Shown: positions 57,656-64,000 of the stretch, piece by piece
How positions within the stretch are numbered: position 1 is the first letter of the stretch
Layout of the letters: each line of letters opens with the position of its first letter
Assembly: GCA_048772705.1 (NCBI GenBank)
Contig: JBLWGC010000160.1
Span: 1-64,000, forward strand
Direction: 5' to 3'
DNA from: Leidyana gryllorum EB-2025a
Lineage: Eukaryota > Protista > Apicomplexa
DNA: 64,000 nucleotides
Notes under the pieces: generated by a model
The model's input: only the letters and a program-made list of their open reading frames with translations
The model's database searches: none
What the model was told of the DNA's origin: nothing
Position numbers and translations under genes: made by a program

Positions 57656-59719
57656 ATGCCCCCAAGAATTTCAGTCGGAATCGACTTTGGAGTCGTCGAT
57701 TCAATCGCAGCTGTGATCCATCTCGATGAATTAACGGAAGTAATCACAATTGATGGAAAGAACCGAATACCGAACATTGTATATCTCGGCCCAGATCCCC
57801 GAATTCAGCCACCCATTGTGGGACTTCCCGCACAACGCTTCCGGTATACGGATCCATTCTTCACAGTGTATAACATACTGCCGCTTTTGGGTCGTCAAAT
57901 AACTCACCCAACGGTTCAACGACTGAAAGCCAAACTCAGTTATCGGCTGTCGAAAGGGAGCGGTGCCAAAGTTCTGGTGGGACATTGTCGCGACCATCCC
58001 GAAGTCATCGTAGCGATGATTCTACGGAAAATCCGGCTGACTGCGGGGACACAACTGGAAGGTGAAGTGGAGACTGCAACAATCGCCGTCCCGTCCGACT
58101 TTGACGGCACGCAGCGTCGCGCAATGGAGTCTGCTGGATATATTGCCGGATTCAAGAACGTCGACGTAATCGACAGGCGATCTGCGCTTTCTCATTGGAT
58201 TGAGAAAAAGATCCAATGGCCTCAGAAACTGTTGTTATACGATTTCGGCTATAATGTGGAGGCGTCTCTGATCGACGTGTCCAGGGTGCCGACCTCAGCA
58301 AGCTTATGGCCTGTGAGAGCTTCGTATTGCGCAACAATCGATTCCGAAGAAGTGGGGGGAGGAAAGAGCGAAGAGACACTGTTTGATCATTGTGTCCGAG
58401 AATTCGACCGTTTGTACGGATCCGAGTGGAAGGCCTCTCAACGTTGGGCGTCGAGTTTGCGGTCAGCGTGCGAAGATGCAATTCGAAAGCTGACAGTGGA
58501 GGATAAAACGACGATCACTGTAAAAGTCGACAGTAAAGCGTACGAAGTGATTGTTACGCGGAGAGCGTTGGAATCATTGAATGAGAGTCATTTCGAAAAG
58601 TGTCGATCGATTATTCGCGACCTTTTGACACAATCTCAATTGTCAGTGACGGATGTCACAAACTTCGCCATATCGAGTCGGGCTTCTGTTCTGCCAACTT
58701 TGAGAACTCATCTCGTCACTGAGCTGAAGGAGGTGACGAATGAGGGGGCGGAGTTTTGGATCGCTTTCGGAGCGGCTCTCCGGCGTTGTCGCTTCGACTA
58801 CCGGGAAAGACTCCGACTTCCCATTATTGTCGCTTCTGGAAACACACTGACACAGATGGTATCTGTTAACGAGATCCTACCCACAACACTACTGGCTAGA
58901 ACTCCCTCTCCCTCGAATGACGGAGTGCCCACTGCCCTAAATCTGTATGAGGGGTATTTCACAAATGTCGGACGCAACAAATACCTCTGCAGCCTCAGTC
59001 CGGGGGACAGGATATATTTGAGGGCTGACGGTGTAGTCGAAGTGAATAAAAAATATCGGGCAGTACTGAGTGGATTTGAGTCGCAAATGTCTCTGACGGC
59101 CGTATCGGTGTTTAAGAAACGGTTGGAAAGACCGTTTACGACTTCGGACAGAAAGTGCGCCGCAGTGAAACATATTACTTTTGCGTTTGCGGGTGTCATT
59201 GACACTGTTCTGAGCGCAAATCAATCGAAGTTCGGTACTGAGGTCGCGGGTCGGGAGATTGCCGACGTCCGCACTCTACTCGAAGAATTATCCTCTCTCG
59301 GAGACGATTCGGACTTCGAGAGTTATTTCGAATTGTTGGACATCGTGTGTGGCCCTTTGCTGTCCTTTCTGGGCCAATCGATGGTTAGAGAACACTTTAG
59401 AGCTCTTATGGGTCCGAAGGCGCTGAGTGTCGAAGAGAAAAGGGAAATCTGCGAGCGTTGGGATTATTGGCGAACGGCTTACGACTCCTGGGCTGCTATC
59501 AAATGGCACGAAATCTGCGGAGAAAGCCACAGAGGGAACGGCGAGAGCGATTTGTGGCATTGGAGCAGAGACCGCAGTATTGCAGAAGAGATCGAAGAGG
59601 GATCGACGGATTTCGTCTCCTATTCTCGGGAGGACAGAATGGCACAAGTTGGGGAGGAATCACAATTTTATGTGCAGTCGGTGACCGATGTGACCACCGG
59701 TGTCGGCTGCGCTGAGTAA
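57656..59719 (+). CDS. Highly divergent Hsp70-family protein (probable pseudo-ATPase), intronless
   Basis: VGIDFG; GKNRIPNIV; ATIAVPSDF..QRRAMESAGYIAG; YDFG; LRSACEDAIRKLT; VTRRALESL; IAFGAA, all in Hsp70 NBD order. Confidence 0.85.
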   Translation: MPPRISVGIDFGVVDSIAAVIHLDELTEVITIDGKNRIPNIVYLGPDPRIQPPIVGLPAQRFRYTDPFFTVYNILPLLGRQITHPTVQRLKAKLSYRLSKGSGAKVLVGHCRDHPEVIVAMILRKIRLTAGTQLEGEVETATIAVPSDFDGTQRRAMESAGYIAGFKNVDVIDRRSALSHWIEKKIQWPQKLLLYDFGYNVEASLIDVSRVPTSASLWPVRASYCATIDSEEVGGGKSEETLFDHCVREFDRLYGSEWKASQRWASSLRSACEDAIRKLTVEDKTTITVKVDSKAYEVIVTRRALESLNESHFEKCRSIIRDLLTQSQLSVTDVTNFAISSRASVLPTLRTHLVTELKEVTNEGAEFWIAFGAALRRCRFDYRERLRLPIIVASGNTLTQMVSVNEILPTTLLARTPSPSNDGVPTALNLYEGYFTNVGRNKYLCSLSPGDRIYLRADGVVEVNKKYRAVLSGFESQMSLTAVSVFKKRLERPFTTSDRKCAAVKHITFAFAGVIDTVLSANQSKFGTEVAGREIADVRTLLEELSSLGDDSDFESYFELLDIVCGPLLSFLGQSMVREHFRALMGPKALSVEEKREICERWDYWRTAYDSWAAIKWHEICGESHRGNGESDLWHWSRDRSIAEEIEEGSTDFVSYSREDRMAQVGEESQFYVQSVTDVTTGVGCAE

Positions 59720-59887
59720 CGGTGATCGACCGGAGGATCAAAATGGAAAATGTGTGACCCATGCGATTGTTGGACACTGTCGCGCACTTTTGTCTACTCA
59801 CCGATTGCATGTACGAGTTGAACTCGAAGACTTACGGAGTGGTTAAATGTGTCACGCAAAAGAATCTGACCAAACATTTCAACAAGA

Positions 59888-62800
59888 ATGAAGTCTGGTA
59901 CCAAAGCTCGAGTCCCGAACGTCCATCCGGGCGAGGATACCGCCCCACCACCTCAAGTTGACTGGGCAACAACGGCTCTGCAAGAAGATCAGTTGTTCTA
60001 CTTTTGTCCTCAACTTCAGATCGAGCAGTATGAGAGCGCTGCTAATAATCAGCCCTCCCGACCCCTGATGTTGTTGGCCTCCTCCTCCGGTCGTGCAGAA
60101 GAGAACACGACGACCCCACAAGTCGAGGCCGCTGAAGAAGCAGCCGTTCAGACGGTTCTGCGTATAGACGATTCAGTCAAAGATATATATGTCATCAAGA
60201 AGTGCCGTCTGCGAGACTATTGGAATCAATTGGACTATCTGTGCCGAAAACTGACTGCTCACGAGGTGACTCTGCCCAGTATCGCCAATGACGGCTGGCA
60301 GCGAGACGTCAACCCGCAGTGGCGTCAAGGCGCAAACTTCCAATCGTATCCAGCTCACCTCGTCAAGAAATGGCGAGACAACGGCAGGACTCTCCCAGCT
60401 GCCAACACCTTCCCCATAACCCCCTATCTGAGGAGCGGCCAGTTTGCCTTCTCGACGGCCTACGCTTACATCCAACACGGTCAGTGGGACCAGGCCAACC
60501 TGACATGTGCGCCGTTCCAAGTCAAACCGCTGCTCAGGCGAGACCCGTTCACCTACTTTTACCTCCCGACTATCTGTCCAAAGAGCACCCAGTGTCCCAA
60601 CCTATGCTGCCCCTTCGGTCATTCACCCCTCGAGATATCTCTCCATCCCATCACATGGAAATGGAAGTCCTGCTGGTATGGAACTGGATGCCGCCGCCGA
60701 GCCAACTGCATCTTCGCCCACGGCCAGAAAGAGTCGGAGAATAGCAGAAACGCCTGGCTGCTCTGGGAGAGACACTGGGCCGGCTGGAGACTGGCCCTCA
60801 CAGCCATCAAAGTCTACGCTGCTCGTATATCTGCTGCCGATACCCCCGGTAAGTGAACTTACACAACGAAACTTACCTCCAACTCGTGTAATCATTCTCA
60901 GAACTCACTGAACTGCTCTACGGCATCGAATGCTCACGTGACCGACGCATCAATGGGGCCACCATCGATGATCTCGAAACCCTCAAAGAGTACGAAGATG
61001 CACCCCACTGGTTCACTGACTTCGACATGAAACTATCGGCCCAACCACTCAACCCTCTCTTTGGCATCGTCTACACAGCTCGAATCGCGGCACCCCACTG
61101 GGATCTCCTCAACCGTCGCAATGCCCCCCACGTCGTTCGCCATCACTTCTTCCACATTGTCAATATCTGCAATGAAATGTGGGAGGATTGCTACAATCTT
61201 TGCGCCGCCCGCACATCACATCCCCTCGGATGTGCCCAAATGGGGGACGCCGTCGCTGAAAAAGGCAAAATCGAACAGTCTCCCATCTACAGAGTCGGCA
61301 GCAGCGCCTCAACCAGTGCAGGACGACCCAGCATCAGCAACACGGACTATTCTCGCCGAAGCACATACACTAACACCACTCCATCCAACCGCCCGTCGAG
61401 AAGCAGCTACAATGCTGGCTATCAAAACACAAACAACTTGGCCCCCGCCAACAATCATTCAAACCCTAACCCCAGGCGACTTTCAGCCGATGCGGCTGAA
61501 TTTCACCCACCACCGCCCAATCCCTTCAAAATCCAAAGCCGCAACGTTCCTCACGACCAACCTAATCAACCCAAATCAGGAACGCACCAACCCGCCCACT
61601 CCAGAGTTCAACCAGATGTGGAGTACTTCCAAACCGACCCAACGCCAAAATCAAAGAAAGGGAAGTCCAAGCCTGGAAAGGGCAATCAAACTGCTGCAAC
61701 CTCTCACCAAATCCCAGCCAAGCCTCAGAATCAAAAGCAAGCCCAACAACCCCCAAATCCGAAATCAGGAAAGCAGAATCAGGAACGAAGCGAGAACAAG
61801 AATAATGTAGTTTTACCTCCAGCGTCGCACCCACCAGCCGAGGGCACCAAAAAGGGCAAAGGCAGCGGGAAGAAGCGACCTCAACCCAATGACAGAGTAT
61901 CAGACGCATTGCCTCCCCTCAACGCAGTTTCGTCCCTCGGTAGAGCCCTCCAGCCCGATCCAGCAAAACTGGAAGAGACTCCACCGAAAGGAGGGCAACT
62001 TCAACAGCCGGTTTACAAGAAGCGTCGAAAGGACCAGACCGTGGAAAAAGCAGCAGCCCCACAACCAGCTCCCCCTGAGTCCGAGGGACTGCCCCCACTG
62101 CACGCCGTCTCATCGCTCGGCAGAGCCCTCCAGCCCGAACCACCGAAGCAGCAGGAGTCGCCAGTCAAGGCAGCACCAGCTGGTGAAGCGGCTTCCAAGA
62201 AGCGGAGTAAGGATAAGGGGGCGAAGAAAGACGCCGCTGCCCCACCAACTCCCAATGACTCCGAGGGACTGCCCCCACTGCACGCCGCCTCATCACTCGG
62301 CAGAGCCCTCCAGCCCGAACCACCGAAGCCGCAGGAGTCGCCAGTCAAGGCAGCACCAGCTGCTGAAGTAGCCGACAAGAAGCGCGAGAAGCGGAATAAG
62401 GATAAGGGGGCGAAGAAAGACGCCGCTGCCCCACCAACTCCCCCTGAGTCCGAGGGACTGCCCCCACTGCACGCCGTCTCATCGCTCGGCAGAGCCCTCC
62501 AGCCCGAACCACCGAAGCAGCAGGAGTCGCCAGTCAAGGCAGCACCAGCTGGTGAAGTAGCCGACAAGAAGCGCGAGAAGCGGAATAAGGATAAGGGGGC
62601 GAAGAAAGACGCCGCTGCCCCACCAACTCCCAATGACTCCGAGGGACTGCCCCCACTGCACGCCGCCTCATCACTCGGCAGAGCCCTCCAGCCCGAACCA
62701 CCGAAGCCGCAGGAGTCGCCAGTCAAGGCAGCACCAGCTGGTGAAGTAGCCGACAAGAAGCGCGAGAAGCGGAATAAGGATAAGGGGGCGAAGAAAGACG

Positions 62801-64000
62801 CCGCTGCCCCACCAACTCCCCCTGAGTCCGAGGGACTGCCCCCACTGCACGCCGCCTCATCGCTCGGCAGAGCCCTCCAGCCCGAACCACCGAAGCCGCA
62901 GGAGTCGCCTGTCAAGGCAGCACCAGCTGGTGAAGCGGCTTCCAAGAAGCGCGAGAAGCGGAATAAGGATAAGGGGGCGAAGAAAGACGCCGCTGGTCCA
63001 CCAGCTCCCCCTGAGTCCGAGGCACTGCCCCCACTGCACGCCGCCTCATCGCTCGGCAGAGCCCTCCAGCCAGAACCACCGAAGCCGCAGGAGTCGCCTG
63101 TCAAGGCAGCACCAGCTGGTGAAGCGGCTTCCAAGAAGCGCGAGAAGCGGAATAAGGATAAGGGGGCGAAGAAAGACGCCGCTGGTCCACCAGCTCCCCC
63201 TGAGTCCGAGGCACTGCCCCCACTGCACGCCGCCTCATCGCTCGGCAGAGCCCTCCAGCCCGAACCACCGAAGCCGCAGGAGTCGCCAGTCAAGGCAGCA
63301 CCAGCTGGTGAAGCGGCTTCCAAGAAGCGCGAGAAGCGGAATAAGGATAAGGGGGTGAAGAAAGACGCCGCTGGTCCACCAGCTCCTCCTGAGTCCGAGG
63401 CACTGCCCCCACTGCACGCCGCCTCATCGCTCGGCAGAGCCCTCCAGCCCGAACCACCGAAGCCGCAGGAGTCGCCAGCCAAGGCAGCACCAGCTGATGA
63501 TGCGGCTTCCAAGAAGCGTAAGAAGCGGAATAAGGATAAGGGGGCGAAGGAAGGCGCCGCTGGTCCACCAGCTCCCAATGACTCCGAGGGACTGCCCCCA
63601 CTGCACGCCGCCTCATCACTCGGCAGAGCCCTCCAGCCCGAACCACCGAAGCAGCAGGAGTCGCCAGTCAAGGCAGCACCAGCTGGTGAAGCGGCTTCCA
63701 AGAAGCGGAGTAAGGATAAGGGGGCGAAGAAAGACGCCGCTGCCCCACCAACTCCCACTGAGTCCGATGGACTGCCACCACTCCAAACTGTCTCATCACT
63801 GGGCAGATCATTGCAACCCGCACCGGCGAAGTCCCAGAAGAAGACGCAAGGCGGTAAGAGCATCTCAACTGACCTCCAATCCACCTTACCAACCTCAGGG
63901 TCTGAAATGCGCCATTCAGATGCCCCTGATGAGGCACAAGAGCAGAAAGCTGGGGAACAGAACAAAACTGGAGACAGGCCAGGTCTGCGGGAGGAACACG
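59888..64000 (+). CDS. Tandem CCCH zinc-finger family paralog 4, intron 60849-60901, with long repetitive C-terminal exon running off the window
   Basis: RRDPFTYFYLPTICPKSTQCPNLCCPFGH..LHP..C-x5-C-x5-C-x3-H. Exon 2 from 60902 contains LSAQPLNPLFG and stays open to 64000; it is missing from the ORF track because it has no stop in the window. Confidence 0.85.
62089..63771 (+). repeat. Coding minisatellite: 9 near-identical units (180 + 7x189 + 180 nt)
   Basis: LPPL codons recur at 62089, 62269, 62458, 62647, 62836, 63025, 63214, 63403, 63592 and 63772. Confidence 0.95.

Noticed and set aside
61061-61810. 249-aa ORF starting at TTG
   Set aside because: Off-frame overlap with paralog 4 exon 2, which carries the conserved motifs.
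62013-63965. 650-aa minus-strand ORF and several 60-aa ORFs
   Set aside because: These are antisense shadows of the plus-strand repeat exon, which is in frame with the conserved SAQPLNPLFG domain of paralog 4.

Overview
Eukaryotic, very gene-dense DNA with many short (mostly ~35-90 nt) GT-AG introns. The V-ATPase E and UBC13 sequences look apicomplexan, and the compaction suggests a gregarine-like lineage (inference). No prokaryotic features, tRNA/rRNA, CRISPR array or recognisable mobile element were seen. From 1 to 47.2 kb lies a housekeeping block with often near-zero intergenic spacing: RING-H2 E3, C2 protein, RAD51 paralog, repeat protein, WW/FF protein, atypical kinase, BTB/KCTD, UTP10, RPL29, MUT-7/EXD3-like exonuclease, V-ATPase E, LPAAT, secreted mucin-like protein, SERRATE/ARS2, CDK11-like, SYF1, centrin, Lys/Ala-rich protein, UGDH, UBC13, cullin and TRM7. 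From 47.9 to 64 kb the character changes. Four co-oriented, strongly diverged paralogs share a ~400-aa core: an unrecognised N-terminal domain, an Unkempt/plant RR-TZF-like tandem CCCH zinc finger, and a Trp-rich/SAQPLNPLFG domain. All four carry an intron at the same position, and each has a different disordered tail (PAM2-like motif, SWADIVR motif, 63-aa tandem repeats). An intronless Hsp70 that has lost its ATPase motifs sits inside the array, and the intergenic regions share repeated motifs. This array is the best candidate for an undescribed post-transcriptional RNA-regulatory system. Exon boundaries were read by eye and are approximate.
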